64,000 nucleotides of DNA from Bacteroidales bacterium (lineage in GTDB: Bacteria; Bacteroidota; Bacteroidia; Bacteroidales; UBA1402), in contig JAQVXI010000002.1 of assembly GCA_028709215.1 (NCBI GenBank), forward strand, positions 78,880 through 142,879, in the 5' to 3' direction. The translations under genes were made by a program, and so were the position numbers. Under the pieces are notes generated by a model that worked only from the letters and a program-made list of their open reading frames with translations, searched no databases and was not told the origin of the DNA. Below are positions 16,113 to 26,824 of this stretch, in pieces (the stretch's first letter is position 1; each line of letters begins with the position of its first letter).

Positions 16113-19100
16113 ATGAAACGGAACTTAATCCTATTTCTAATCACGTTCTGTCTTTTTTCCATCACAGAAGCACAGACCAGTCAACTGGCCTTTCCCGGAG
16201 CAGAAGGTTTCGGAAAGTATGCCGTAGGCGGTCGTTACGGCTCTGTCTATCGTGTAACCAACCTAAACGACTCAGGTACAGGTTCATTGCGGGATGCAGT
16301 GAGCAGTTCCAATCGAATTATTGTTTTTGAGGTGGCTGGAGTGATCAACATAAACAGCCCATTAGTTTTTTCAAACAACTTATACATTGCCGGACAAACT
16401 GCTCCGGGTGAAGGTATTGTAATCTACGGAGATCGATCTTCGTTCTCAGGAGCCAGTAATACCATTGTGCGCCACATACGCTTTCGTATGGGCAAAGGAG
16501 GTGCTTCGGGTGCCGATGCCGTGGGCATCGCAAACGGTACCCATATGATTTTTGACCATGTTTCTGTTGCATGGGGTTTGGATGAGACCTTCTCTATTTC
16601 TCCCGATAACAAAGGAGCATTGGGCAACATCACCATTCAGAATTCCATCATCGGCCAAGGCTTGCTTTCACACTCTGCAGGCGGACTTATTCAAGCCGAC
16701 AACATCACACTATATCGCAATTTGTACGTAGATAACTCTACGCGCAATCCCAAAGTCAAAGGGAAGAATCAATACGTAAACAATATTGTATACAATTGGA
16801 AAAATGCAGCCTACATCATGGGCGGTGAATCTACCGGTGATGCTTATTGCAATGCCGTTTCCAATCTGTTTATCAAAGGACCCTCCGGAGGAAGTGTTGC
16901 TTTCAGCGGTGGAAACTCCTTATTCCATCTGTATGCTGCCGACAATTGGGTCGACAAAACGGCAGACGGTAACTTGTCTCCCTATTTAATCCCCAACGCT
17001 GAATATTCGGGTGGACCGGATTTTCAGTCACAACCCTACGATTATCCACAATTGCCTACATGGACGGCCAATCAGTTGGTAGACTCCTTGCTTCCGGTTG
17101 TAGGAGCCAGTCTGCCGTATCGTGATTTGGCCGATTGGTATATGGTCAATGAAGTGCGTTCGTTTGGATTGGAGGGCAAACTCATTTCAGAAGAAAATCA
17201 ATTGCCCATCGGCATTCCGAGCAGTTGGACCTTCTGGTCCGGAATCGCTCGTGCGGACCGTGATCAGGATGGCATGCCCGATGCATGGGAAATAGCCAAC
17301 CAATGCAATCCGGATGTCAATGATGCAATGACCATTGCCGATAACGGCTATGCCAACATTGAAAATTACATCAACAGCATTGATGTAGAAGATCGTCAAG
17401 CCTTTTTGCGTGCGCCGCTCGCCGTTTCTTTACAGGTATCGACTTCATCCAGTCTGACCATCGCTTGGTTGGATTATACGGAAGGAGAGGACGGTTTTGT
17501 AGTAGAAGCCAAAACGGATGCCGATTATGTGGTGATGGCTCAGGTAGAGGCTGGTGTACAATCGGTCACTCTCAACGATCTCCAACCGGCAACCGCTTAC
17601 ACGATACGAATCAAATCGTTCCATTCGGAACGTTCGTCCGAATATACTTCGGAGCAGACGTTTAAAACACAACCCGAGGAAGTCCCGGTCATTGATCCGA
17701 ATGCCTATGTTCCGGACTTAACCTGGTCTGCCGAGTCCGGTATTTGGGACTATGCACAACTCAATTGGAACGATGGAAGCAAAGCCTTTCAAAAGGGGGA
17801 CTCCCTCTTATTTCAACCCTTGAGTGATATTCAAGTTCAATTGAACGATAGTTTGGAAATTGGTGCACTCGTGGTTAAAGATGATGGAAACGTTGCTTTT
17901 ACCGGAACCGGTGTGTTGACCGGTAACGGATCCGTCAATAAAGCCGGAGCCAGCACACTCTCGTTGGGTGACCAACACGTCTATACAGGTGCCAGCGTCC
18001 TATCTGAAGGTACATGGATGCTTTCTTCTTTGCGTGACGGAGGTTTGTCCAGTTCGTTGGGTGCATCCCAGGAATTTGCACAAAATTGGATCTGGAAGGG
18101 TGGCGTATGGAACTATACCGGAGCAACCACCGCAACCAATCGCAATGCGACTTTGTATGGAACATCTACATTTGCCATTTCAAATCCAGCGACTACGGTT
18201 ACATTGAATGGAGCGTTGGAAGGAACCGGTGGCATGATTTTGGATGGAGCAGGAACCTTGCGCATCAATCAGGCATTTGCTTACGAAGGCAATACGGTAC
18301 TAAAAGGTGGTACGTTGTATATTGAGGGAGCCAGTTTGATCGATCAAGGCATCGGAACCTCTCCAAAATTGGTCATGGCCGGTGGTTCTTTTAAAACCAA
18401 AGATTCCAACGATCGTTATGGCGTATACAGTTTCCCGATCGAAGTGCTTGAAGGAACCTATTCTACCCTTTACGTACACAGAAATTGCTCCATCAAATCT
18501 AAGGTGAGCGGTTCGGGTACGTTGGAATACCAGGTAAACTATCTGCGTGAGTATGTTACCGGAGATTGGAGAGACTTTACCGGACACTTAGTGGTCAACG
18601 GAGTAAACTCCAAAGCAGGTGAATGCCAATTCATGTTGTTAAATGGGAATGGTATACCCAATGCGACCTTGTATACTAAAGGAAACGTTCAAATCGTCTG
18701 TTGGTCTACATCCGCAACCTATTATTTGGGCGGATTGTCGGGAGATCCTTACACGTATTTGTCCGGTTCCAGCAAGAATACGACGTCGGCTCAGATGAAA
18801 TGGGTTGTCGGAGGTGCAAATACCGATGAAACCTTCCGTGGAATTATCGACAACCGATGCAGTGCAAGTAGTTACAATGGCACAACATCGATTGTAAAGA
18901 CCGGTGAAGGACTTTGGCGTTTGACCGGAATCAATGTATACAAAGGAACGACTGAAGTTCAGCAAGGCAAATTGATCGTCAACGGGAACCACACCGGTTC
19001 AGGCGCCGTAACGGTGTCTAATGGTGCAGAGCTGGCCGGTGAAGGCAGTTTAAGTGGTCGCGTGACCTTGTTGGACGGCGCCTTGTTGCGCGCCGGCGAT

Positions 19101-19700
19101 ACAATCGTTGACAACAAGATGTTGAACTTGAGAGGCGGATTGACCTTGTCTTCTACGTCTGTGACTCAAATACCCCTATTGAAATCCAGTCCAATCACCC
19201 GCAAGGCAAATCAAATTGTCGTAAACGGAACGGCTGTGTTGAATGGGACACTTCAATTGAATTTGGATCAGATCAGCTATCCACTTCAAAAGAACAACTA
19301 CTTTGACGTGTTTGACTTTTCCAATGCGAGTGTTACCGGAACCTTCTCTGACATATCACCGGCTACACCGGGCGAAGGTCTGATTTGGGATCTGACTTCT
19401 TTGTATACGAATGGTCGCATCTATGTACGCGAAGAAGGATGGGTCAGTGTGCCTCAGATCGGTTTGGAGGATACCGACGTGTATCCGACGATGGTTACCG
19501 ATCATTTATCGGTTCAATTGCCATCAACCGTTGCGGAAGCGAGGGTTGATGTGCTGGATCTGACCGGTGTTGCACACATACAAACGGCCATTTCCGGTTC
19601 TGCATCCATCAATACCTCCGATTTGGCTTCAGGCATGTATATCCTACGCCTGAGCCAATCCAATGGTAAGACGGTTACGAGAAAGATTATGAAGCAATAG
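16113..19700 (+). CDS. PL1-type pectate lyase fused to FN3, autotransporter-associated beta-strand (PATR) repeats and a canonical T9SS type-A C-terminal sorting domain
   Basis: Signal peptide, then AFPGAEGFGKYAVGGRYGSVYRVTNLNDSGTGSLRDAV, MIFDHVSVAWGLDE and NSTRNPKVKG (PL1-like). A Ca-binding-type DRDQDGMPDAWE motif follows. FN3 covers aa ~434-519 (nt 17412-17669). PATR units include GSVNKAGASTLSLGDQHVYTGASVLSEGTWML, GGMILDGAGTLRINQAFAYEGNTVLKGGTLYI and IVKTGEGLWRLTGINVYKGTTEVQQGKLIV. CTD details are in the next feature. Confidence 0.85.
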   Translation: MKRNLILFLITFCLFSITEAQTSQLAFPGAEGFGKYAVGGRYGSVYRVTNLNDSGTGSLRDAVSSSNRIIVFEVAGVININSPLVFSNNLYIAGQTAPGEGIVIYGDRSSFSGASNTIVRHIRFRMGKGGASGADAVGIANGTHMIFDHVSVAWGLDETFSISPDNKGALGNITIQNSIIGQGLLSHSAGGLIQADNITLYRNLYVDNSTRNPKVKGKNQYVNNIVYNWKNAAYIMGGESTGDAYCNAVSNLFIKGPSGGSVAFSGGNSLFHLYAADNWVDKTADGNLSPYLIPNAEYSGGPDFQSQPYDYPQLPTWTANQLVDSLLPVVGASLPYRDLADWYMVNEVRSFGLEGKLISEENQLPIGIPSSWTFWSGIARADRDQDGMPDAWEIANQCNPDVNDAMTIADNGYANIENYINSIDVEDRQAFLRAPLAVSLQVSTSSSLTIAWLDYTEGEDGFVVEAKTDADYVVMAQVEAGVQSVTLNDLQPATAYTIRIKSFHSERSSEYTSEQTFKTQPEEVPVIDPNAYVPDLTWSAESGIWDYAQLNWNDGSKAFQKGDSLLFQPLSDIQVQLNDSLEIGALVVKDDGNVAFTGTGVLTGNGSVNKAGASTLSLGDQHVYTGASVLSEGTWMLSSLRDGGLSSSLGASQEFAQNWIWKGGVWNYTGATTATNRNATLYGTSTFAISNPATTVTLNGALEGTGGMILDGAGTLRINQAFAYEGNTVLKGGTLYIEGASLIDQGIGTSPKLVMAGGSFKTKDSNDRYGVYSFPIEVLEGTYSTLYVHRNCSIKSKVSGSGTLEYQVNYLREYVTGDWRDFTGHLVVNGVNSKAGECQFMLLNGNGIPNATLYTKGNVQIVCWSTSATYYLGGLSGDPYTYLSGSSKNTTSAQMKWVVGGANTDETFRGIIDNRCSASSYNGTTSIVKTGEGLWRLTGINVYKGTTEVQQGKLIVNGNHTGSGAVTVSNGAELAGEGSLSGRVTLLDGALLRAGDTIVDNKMLNLRGGLTLSSTSVTQIPLLKSSPITRKANQIVVNGTAVLNGTLQLNLDQISYPLQKNNYFDVFDFSNASVTGTFSDISPATPGEGLIWDLTSLYTNGRIYVREEGWVSVPQIGLEDTDVYPTMVTDHLSVQLPSTVAEARVDVLDLTGVAHIQTAISGSASINTSDLASGMYILRLSQSNGKTVTRKIMKQ
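19473..19697 (+). other. Canonical T9SS type-A C-terminal sorting domain of the PL1 protein
   Basis: DVYPTMVTDHLSVQLPSTVAEARVDVLDLTGVAHIQTAISGSASINTSDLASGMYILRLSQSNGKTVTRKIMKQ. It contains the YP..(V/A) start, the G(M/I)Y(I/L) motif and the K(I/L).K ending typical of Por/T9SS CTDs. Confidence 0.8.
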
Positions 19701-19729
19701 CATATTACAAAAATTACAAATCAAAAACT

Positions 19730-21994
19730 ATGAGAAATCCCAGATTCAAGTATCTGATGATCGGAATCTTGTCGCTTCCCTGGCTTTTTATGTCCTGTAA
19801 GGACAACATGGACGACCATTATGCGATCCCCGATTGGTTAAAAGGCAGTGCATACGAAGTACTGTTATCAGAAGGTGATTATTCCATTTTTCTGGAAGGA
19901 ATTGATAAGGCCGGTTACAAGCCCATTGTCAATGGAAAGAGCATTTTGACCGTGATGGCACCCAATGATTCTGCATTTACGGTTTATCTGAACGATAAAG
20001 GATATGCCGGTATTTCAGACATGCCGGAGGTTGAGTTAAAAAAACTGATTGGTTTCCACTTAATGTATTATGCATTTGATTGGAACAAACTGGTCAATTT
20101 CCGACCTGCTGAGGGCGATGGTGCAACGGAAGAAGATAAGGCGCAATTTGCCGGCTATTATTTCAAACACCGTACCAAAAGTATGGATCCCGTTTCACGG
20201 GAATACAACTCCATTCTTGGTGATTCCGTATCCGTGTATCATTTTGAACGGTTTTTGCCCGTCTTTTCCTATCAGATGTTCCAGACCAAAGGAATTGATG
20301 CTGCGTCCAATTACGAATACTTCTTCCCCAACTCAACGTGGACGGGTGGAAGTACCGGATTTAATGTGGCAAATGCCAGCGTGCTCAATACAAGTAATGT
20401 AATTACGGATAATGGTTACGTCTACTTTATTGATCAGGTTTTGGAGCCGCTTGAAACCATTTACACCGAGCTCAAAAACAATTATGAGGAGTATTCCATC
20501 TTCTTTGATTTGTACAACTCCTCATCAACGTATGAATTGGATGCGGAGATTACGCGTGACTTTGGTGATGGTGAAGACCTGTACCTACACAGTCACAGTG
20601 GCTTGTTGAACATCGCCTATGAATGGCCTACGTCCAACTATGCTGCGATCGTTGACCTCTCCAGTGTGTGTTACAACATTTTTGCACCTTCCAATACTGC
20701 GTTGACCAACTTTTTTGATTCCTTCTGGAAAGCGGGTGGTTACAACAGCTTGAATGAGTTGGATCCCTTGGTGTTGGAATATTTGATCGCTCAATCCTAT
20801 GCGAACGATACACGTCCGGTTTTCCCGGATGACATTCGCAGCGGTAAGGTTAAGACGGTATTGGGCACACCGGTTGTGTTGAATCCGGAAGATGTAAGCT
20901 TGCGTCGCTTCTGTGTAAACGGTACCTTGTATGGGATTGGCAACATGACTGCACCGGCCATCTTCTCATCGGTAGCCGGCCCTGCATTCAAGTACTTGGA
21001 TTATCGCAACTACCTGTATGCGCTGGATGGATCCGGATTGTTGTTGGCGCTTGCCTCACAGGAAAGTCAGTTCATTACGTTGATGCCGGACACGGCACAA
21101 TTGGCAACCGAACGCATCCGTTTGGCCGAACTGACGACCGGTAACCGTCTTCAAATATTTTCAGACGATGCCGGAGCGTATGTGGATATGTCTGAGAGTG
21201 AAATGTCTAGCATTGTAAACATTCACTTGGCGAGTGGCGTGTCTGAATTAAAGACATCCGGTATTCAGGTATTGGAATCCAATACCGCCTTCAACTACTG
21301 GTATGTCGTAGATGGTAAGATAACAACCAATGCCTTATTCAATCAATACCTGACGCCTGAATTTACGGGTGACCCCTTTGTTGCGTTTACAGAAATTAAA
21401 AACGGAGCATCCACTTGGGACAATGGACGCGCCTACAGTTATGCGTTCGACGGTTTGTTTAAATCGGATGCAGGGGATGGTCTGGAATACACCCTGGCCA
21501 TTGCAAATGATACGCGTTATCCTTACTACATGTTTTCGCAGCTGCTGCAAAAAGCCGGTTTGGTTGATGGTACCGAGCTGACACATTTGATGCCGGATAC
21601 GCGTTTTATCGCATTTATTCCAAGCAACGAAGCCATCAAGGCACGATTGAGCGAAATACCGGGTGCAGACAGATTGTCCGTTACAGCAGGTGGCTCGTTG
21701 AGCGGAACCCTATCCAGTACCAATAAAACGAAATTGGCCAAATGGTTGCGTTCATACTTTATTACTTCCGATCTGAATACGTTTACGCAATATCCGTATC
21801 CAGGATCTTCGGTCAAAGGCGATTATGACACCTATGGTGCAGATAATATGCATGTTGTGGATACCGGAAGTAGCTTGCAAGTGAAATTTCAGGCTTCTGA
21901 AGCAGCCACTGTGTCGGTCGTATCGACCTTCCACTTCCTTCCTTTTGCGTATAAGGACGGCTGTTTTCATGTGATTGAAGATATACTATTGTAA
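19730..21994 (+). CDS. Surface lipoprotein with four fasciclin (FAS1)-like domains
   Basis: Lipobox LFMSC|KDNMDD (acidic +2..+6). FAS1 H1/H2-like motifs recur: LTVMAPNDSAFTVYL / GYVYFIDQVLEPL, NIFAPSNTALTNFF, ITLMPDTAQLA, and IAFIPSNEAIKARL / GCFHVIEDILL at the C-terminus. Confidence 0.8.
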   Translation: MRNPRFKYLMIGILSLPWLFMSCKDNMDDHYAIPDWLKGSAYEVLLSEGDYSIFLEGIDKAGYKPIVNGKSILTVMAPNDSAFTVYLNDKGYAGISDMPEVELKKLIGFHLMYYAFDWNKLVNFRPAEGDGATEEDKAQFAGYYFKHRTKSMDPVSREYNSILGDSVSVYHFERFLPVFSYQMFQTKGIDAASNYEYFFPNSTWTGGSTGFNVANASVLNTSNVITDNGYVYFIDQVLEPLETIYTELKNNYEEYSIFFDLYNSSSTYELDAEITRDFGDGEDLYLHSHSGLLNIAYEWPTSNYAAIVDLSSVCYNIFAPSNTALTNFFDSFWKAGGYNSLNELDPLVLEYLIAQSYANDTRPVFPDDIRSGKVKTVLGTPVVLNPEDVSLRRFCVNGTLYGIGNMTAPAIFSSVAGPAFKYLDYRNYLYALDGSGLLLALASQESQFITLMPDTAQLATERIRLAELTTGNRLQIFSDDAGAYVDMSESEMSSIVNIHLASGVSELKTSGIQVLESNTAFNYWYVVDGKITTNALFNQYLTPEFTGDPFVAFTEIKNGASTWDNGRAYSYAFDGLFKSDAGDGLEYTLAIANDTRYPYYMFSQLLQKAGLVDGTELTHLMPDTRFIAFIPSNEAIKARLSEIPGADRLSVTAGGSLSGTLSSTNKTKLAKWLRSYFITSDLNTFTQYPYPGSSVKGDYDTYGADNMHVVDTGSSLQVKFQASEAATVSVVSTFHFLPFAYKDGCFHVIEDILL

Positions 21995-22012
21995 AATTGA
22001 AATGCACACAAT

Positions 22013-25000
22013 ATGAAATGGTTTAAATATTTTATGGTTGCTATGGTTCTGTTGCTTGCAGCAGATGTCTCGGCTCAGAATATCATCCTTTCCGGTCGTG
22101 TGACCGAACGGTTTGGTGGATCCATTGAGCCCATCTACAGCGCCAACGTGGTCGTAGTCAACAAACAAAACCGCTACTTGAATGGGGTGATTACCGATTT
22201 GGATGGTAATTACAACATTTCTGTTCCCGCCGACGAAGAAGGCTTACGCATTCGCATCTCGTATATTGGTATGAAGACCCAAACCTTCCCCTTTACCGGG
22301 CAGCGTCGTTTGGATGTCCTTCTGGAAGAAGATACACAAACATTGACAGACGTTGTAATCACGGAAAAGAGAATTGAACGGGATGGTATGGGTGTCTCCA
22401 GAAGAGAGCAAACTTCGGCCACCCAAAAGCTGGATATGGAAGAGATCATCTCCAATGTTCCGGTATCTACGATTGAAGAAGCCCTTCAAGGGCAATTGGG
22501 GGGTGTTGACATCGTCTTGGGTGGTGATCCCGGAGCACGAAGCGCCATTCGCATTCGTGGAACCAATTCGTTGAGTGCTTCTTCCGAACCCTTGATCGTA
22601 ATCGATGGAATTCCCTATTCTACAGATATCAGTGATGATTTTTCGTTTGCAACGGCCAACGAAGAAGATTTCGGAGCCTTGTTAAACATTGCTCCCTCGG
22701 ATATCGCCTCCATAGAAGTGTTGAAAGACGCGTCCGCTACGGCCATTTACGGTACCAAAGGATCCAATGGGGTTTTGTTGATCACGACCAAAAAAGGGTC
22801 CAAAGGACGAACCAACTTTACGTTCTCATCCAAGTATACCGCCAAATTTGAACCCGCGTCCATACCCCTGTTGAACGGCAGCCAATACGTTGCCATGGTG
22901 CAGGATGCGTTGTGGAACACAGCCAATGCAAAAGGGCTTGCTTCGGCCAGCAACGAATTGGACTTGTTGTTTAATACCTACGAAATCAACTACGATCCAA
23001 GCTGGCAATTCTTTGACGAATACAACGTGGATACGGATTGGTTGGAACTGGTGCGCCAAACGGCCATCACTTCAGACAACAACTTCTCCCTGTCGGGTGG
23101 GGGAGACAAAGCAACCTATCGTTTTTCGTTGGGTTACTTGAACGAGCAGGGTACAACGATTGGAACCAATTTGGATCGTTTGACCACCAAATTGAACATC
23201 AATTACGACTTCTCGGAACGCCTGCGTGTCACGGCCGATTTTGGTTTTACGCAAAGCGACCGCGCTGCCAACTATTTGAATGTGCGCAGCGAAGCGATGA
23301 CCAAGATGCCCAACAAAAGCCCATACTACTTGGATGATGTGACCGGTCAGACGACCGATATGTATTTTTCAAGACAGGAAGATGATTTTCAGGGTGCGTT
23401 CAATGGCAGCAGCCATTACAACCCCTTGGCCATGGCCAACGAAAGTTACAACAATACGATGCAACGGGAAGAAAAAATCTCGTTCAATATCCAGTACCGT
23501 TTTCCATTCAATTTGACCTATCAAGGGTATGTGGCGATGAACATGCGTACCACACGCAACAACAAGTTCTTGCCTCAGATTGCAACCGGTGTACTTTGGA
23601 CCAGTTCCAACGCCAATCGCAGTACGGATGCCGTATCAGACAACTTTGTCTTGCAGTCCGAAAACAAATTGTTGTACAACAAAACGTTTGATGAAGTGCA
23701 TAGCCTGATTGCGACCGGATTGTTCCGTACCTCTCAATCGCAAAGCTTCAGTTATACCAGTTCAACGTCCGGAAATGCTTCGCCTGAATTATCCGATCCT
23801 ACCGTGGGTAGTGTTGTTGCCGGAATTGGCAGTGGTCTCTCAGAGAGCCGCAGCGTCTCCAGCATTGCACAGGCCATTTATACCTACGACGACCGTTATG
23901 TGTTGAAAGGTACGGTCAATATGGAAGGCAATTCAGCCATGGGTAAATCCAATCGATTCGGAACATTCCCATCCTTTGGTTTGGCATGGAATGCCGAAGA
24001 AGAATCCTTTGTAGAAGATTTGTTCTGGTTGGATGAAGCCAAAGCGCGCGTCAGTTTGGGTTGGAGTGGTAACGCTCCGAGCGGTTCAGCCTTGTATCTG
24101 GGAGCCTATCAATCGTTGGGTTCGTATATGGACATGCCGGCCATTTATCCGGTTCGCATTCAGTTGGATAAATTGAAGTGGGAAACGTCCAGAGAGTGGA
24201 ACTACGGTGTGGATATGCGCTTGTTCCAAAACAAATTGGGCTTTACGGTAGATTATTACAGCAAGTATACGTACGATTTGTTGCTTAGCAATGTAAGTAT
24301 TCCGGCAACAACGGGTTATTCAACGATCAAGTATTTCAATTCGGGTGAGATGAGCAATCGAGGTTGGGAATTCCGTACCGATTATGAAATCTTTAAAAAC
24401 AAAGATTGGCGCGTAGCAGCCAACTTCAACATCAGTCGCAACAACAACAAAGTAGAGAAGTTGCCGGAAAACATGAACGAAGAGAATTACACCTTCGGAA
24501 ACGGAAATTATGCCGTTCGCATTGTTGAGGGTGACCCCATCGGATCGTTCTATGGCTATCGCTACAACGGTGTGTATCAAAATACCGAGGACACCTATGC
24601 GTTGGATGCCGAAGGCAATGTGATGTATGATTACAACGGAGACATCATCGGAATGAAAAATGGTACCCTTTCGGTTTACCCCGGAGATGCCAAGTACGAA
24701 GACATCAACAAAGACGGTGTGATCAACGAATACGACATTGTTTATTTGGGTAATGCCAACCCGATTCTGATCGGTGGGGGCGGATTTACCGTCAAGTACA
24801 AGCAACTCTCGTTGACTACCTTCTTCTATGGTCGATACGGTCAGAAAGTGATCAACTCCGCCCGTATGTCTTTGGAGAATATGTACGGTACCAACAACCA
24901 AAGTACGGCTGTATTGAAGCGTTGGAGAAACGAAGGAGACGACACCGACATTCCTAGAGCTTTGTATGGAATGGGTTACAACTACCTGGGTTCCGATCGC

Positions 25001-25255
25001 TTTGTGGAAGATGCTTCTTTTATGCGCTTGAAGACCTTGTCTTTGTCGTATGCTGTGCCTTCCACGCTGCTTAAGCAGGTAGGCATCAATAGTCTAAGTG
25101 TATTCTGTACCGGATACGATTTGTTTACTTGGACCAATTATACGGGTCAAGATCCGGAAGTCTCGTTGCCTTCTTCGGCAACCAGTCTGGTCAAAGACAA
25201 CGCGACGACGCCTGTATCCAGAAGAGTCTCTCTTGGTTTTAATCTTAATTTCTAA
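22013..25255 (+). CDS. SusC/RagA-family TonB-dependent outer-membrane transporter, pair 1
   Basis: 1080 aa. The order is signal peptide, carboxypeptidase-regulatory-like N-domain (ILSGRVTE...DGNYNISV), TonB-box region DVVITE, plug (IRIRGTNSL...PLIVIDGIPY) and a terminal beta-strand ending in F. There is no N-terminal STN signalling extension. Confidence 0.9.
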   Translation: MKWFKYFMVAMVLLLAADVSAQNIILSGRVTERFGGSIEPIYSANVVVVNKQNRYLNGVITDLDGNYNISVPADEEGLRIRISYIGMKTQTFPFTGQRRLDVLLEEDTQTLTDVVITEKRIERDGMGVSRREQTSATQKLDMEEIISNVPVSTIEEALQGQLGGVDIVLGGDPGARSAIRIRGTNSLSASSEPLIVIDGIPYSTDISDDFSFATANEEDFGALLNIAPSDIASIEVLKDASATAIYGTKGSNGVLLITTKKGSKGRTNFTFSSKYTAKFEPASIPLLNGSQYVAMVQDALWNTANAKGLASASNELDLLFNTYEINYDPSWQFFDEYNVDTDWLELVRQTAITSDNNFSLSGGGDKATYRFSLGYLNEQGTTIGTNLDRLTTKLNINYDFSERLRVTADFGFTQSDRAANYLNVRSEAMTKMPNKSPYYLDDVTGQTTDMYFSRQEDDFQGAFNGSSHYNPLAMANESYNNTMQREEKISFNIQYRFPFNLTYQGYVAMNMRTTRNNKFLPQIATGVLWTSSNANRSTDAVSDNFVLQSENKLLYNKTFDEVHSLIATGLFRTSQSQSFSYTSSTSGNASPELSDPTVGSVVAGIGSGLSESRSVSSIAQAIYTYDDRYVLKGTVNMEGNSAMGKSNRFGTFPSFGLAWNAEEESFVEDLFWLDEAKARVSLGWSGNAPSGSALYLGAYQSLGSYMDMPAIYPVRIQLDKLKWETSREWNYGVDMRLFQNKLGFTVDYYSKYTYDLLLSNVSIPATTGYSTIKYFNSGEMSNRGWEFRTDYEIFKNKDWRVAANFNISRNNNKVEKLPENMNEENYTFGNGNYAVRIVEGDPIGSFYGYRYNGVYQNTEDTYALDAEGNVMYDYNGDIIGMKNGTLSVYPGDAKYEDINKDGVINEYDIVYLGNANPILIGGGGFTVKYKQLSLTTFFYGRYGQKVINSARMSLENMYGTNNQSTAVLKRWRNEGDDTDIPRALYGMGYNYLGSDRFVEDASFMRLKTLSLSYAVPSTLLKQVGINSLSVFCTGYDLFTWTNYTGQDPEVSLPSSATSLVKDNATTPVSRRVSLGFNLNF

Positions 25256-25266
25256 TCTGTACCGTA

Positions 25267-26817
25267 ATGAAACGAATCATACTAGGAATCTGGGCCTTTT
25301 TAAGCCTGTTTACATTTAGCTCCTGTAACGATTGGCTTGACATCTTGCCGTCCAACGAACAAGTGACGGACAATTATTGGAAATCCAAAGAAGATGTTGA
25401 GGCCGTGGTTACGTCCGGCTACTATTATATGCGATCGACCGTACCTCAAATGTTGATTTGGGGTGAGGTGCGCGGCGGAACGTTGTTTTCCAACAATTCA
25501 GCGGACGTTTATCTGCAAAACTTTAATTTAAATCCGAGTCATTCTATTGTAAATTATACTAATGTATATAAAGTCATTAGTATGGCCAATTCGGTCTTAA
25601 AGTACGCACCTTCGGTTCGCGAGATTGACGATACGTATTTTGAGCCCATCATGAATTCGCACCTGGTGGAAGCCTACTTTATGCGCGCATACAGTTACTT
25701 CCTCTTGGTTAAGAATTATCGGGATGTACCCTTGGTGCTAGATGCCTACGTCAACGACGATGCATCCTATGAATTGCCCAAGTCGACGGAAGCTGAAATC
25801 ATCGAGCAGATAAAGAAGGATATTCTTGCTGCGTTAGAAACCGGTGCAGCCAAAGAAAAATATGAGATCGATTGGCAAACCAAAGGTCGTGCCACCGTAT
25901 GGGCTTTGTATGCCTTGATGGCCGATGTTTGCTTATGGAGCGAAGATTACGAAGAGAGCATTGTTTACGCCAACAACATTTTGAATGCAACGGCCGCTTT
26001 TCGTCCTGTATTTATGCAGGATCCGCTCAAATGGTTTGACATCTTCTATCCCGGCAACAGCAACGAATCCATTATGGAATTGAATTGGGACAATACCACC
26101 TATCAACAGAACAACAACTTTGGTGGTTACTTTAATTTGTCCAGCGGATCTCGTCTGCGGTTTACCGATGCCTCCATTCAAACCTTTAAGGATGAAACGG
26201 ATGAAATTAAGAAGGAAAACCCTACGTTGGATGGACGATTGGGACGCACGTTAATGGGCTCTTACGTGCACAGTGGGGCTGCCATTGCCGATTATACAAC
26301 AGCCAATCAGTTTTATGTGTGGAAATACAAAGGAACGGATGTTGCCGATCGGGAGAATCTGCGTACGGCCGAAGATGCCAATTTTATTTTGTATCGTGTA
26401 GCGGAAGTCCTGTTGATCAAGGCCGAGGCGTTGATCTTGCAAGGACCGGCTTATTGGCCCGCTGCCCTGGAAATCATCAATCAAGTGCGTGAGCGTACGT
26501 ATTTGCCTGCCATTGAATTGGAAACTTCCGAAGCCGATGAGTTGACCCTGCTCGAGTTGGTATTGCACGAACGCGAAATGGAATTTGTCGGTGAAGGCAA
26601 ACGATGGTACGATTTGCTTCGCTTTGGTCGCATGCAGTCGTTCAAATACAAAGAACAATTTATAACCAAAATCGTGTCTTCCAATCAGACGACCAATCCG
26701 CAGTGGATCAAATCTGTTTTGAAAAGCGAGGACGCTTGGTATATGCCGATTCCTGAAAGTGAAATTCAAACCAATCCGCTTTTGGAACAAAATCCATATT
26801 ATGCAACTACAAAATAA
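25267..26817 (+). CDS. SusD/RagB-family lipoprotein, pair 1
   Basis: Lipobox FTFSSC|NDWLD. TPR-like SusD signatures are present (AYFMRAYSYFLLVKNY, FILYRVAEVLLIKAEA, ERTYLPA..., REMEFVGEGKRWYDLLRF). It lies 11 nt after SusC. Confidence 0.9.
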   Translation: MKRIILGIWAFLSLFTFSSCNDWLDILPSNEQVTDNYWKSKEDVEAVVTSGYYYMRSTVPQMLIWGEVRGGTLFSNNSADVYLQNFNLNPSHSIVNYTNVYKVISMANSVLKYAPSVREIDDTYFEPIMNSHLVEAYFMRAYSYFLLVKNYRDVPLVLDAYVNDDASYELPKSTEAEIIEQIKKDILAALETGAAKEKYEIDWQTKGRATVWALYALMADVCLWSEDYEESIVYANNILNATAAFRPVFMQDPLKWFDIFYPGNSNESIMELNWDNTTYQQNNNFGGYFNLSSGSRLRFTDASIQTFKDETDEIKKENPTLDGRLGRTLMGSYVHSGAAIADYTTANQFYVWKYKGTDVADRENLRTAEDANFILYRVAEVLLIKAEALILQGPAYWPAALEIINQVRERTYLPAIELETSEADELTLLELVLHEREMEFVGEGKRWYDLLRFGRMQSFKYKEQFITKIVSSNQTTNPQWIKSVLKSEDAWYMPIPESEIQTNPLLEQNPYYATTK

Positions 26818-26824
26818 GTTCCAT

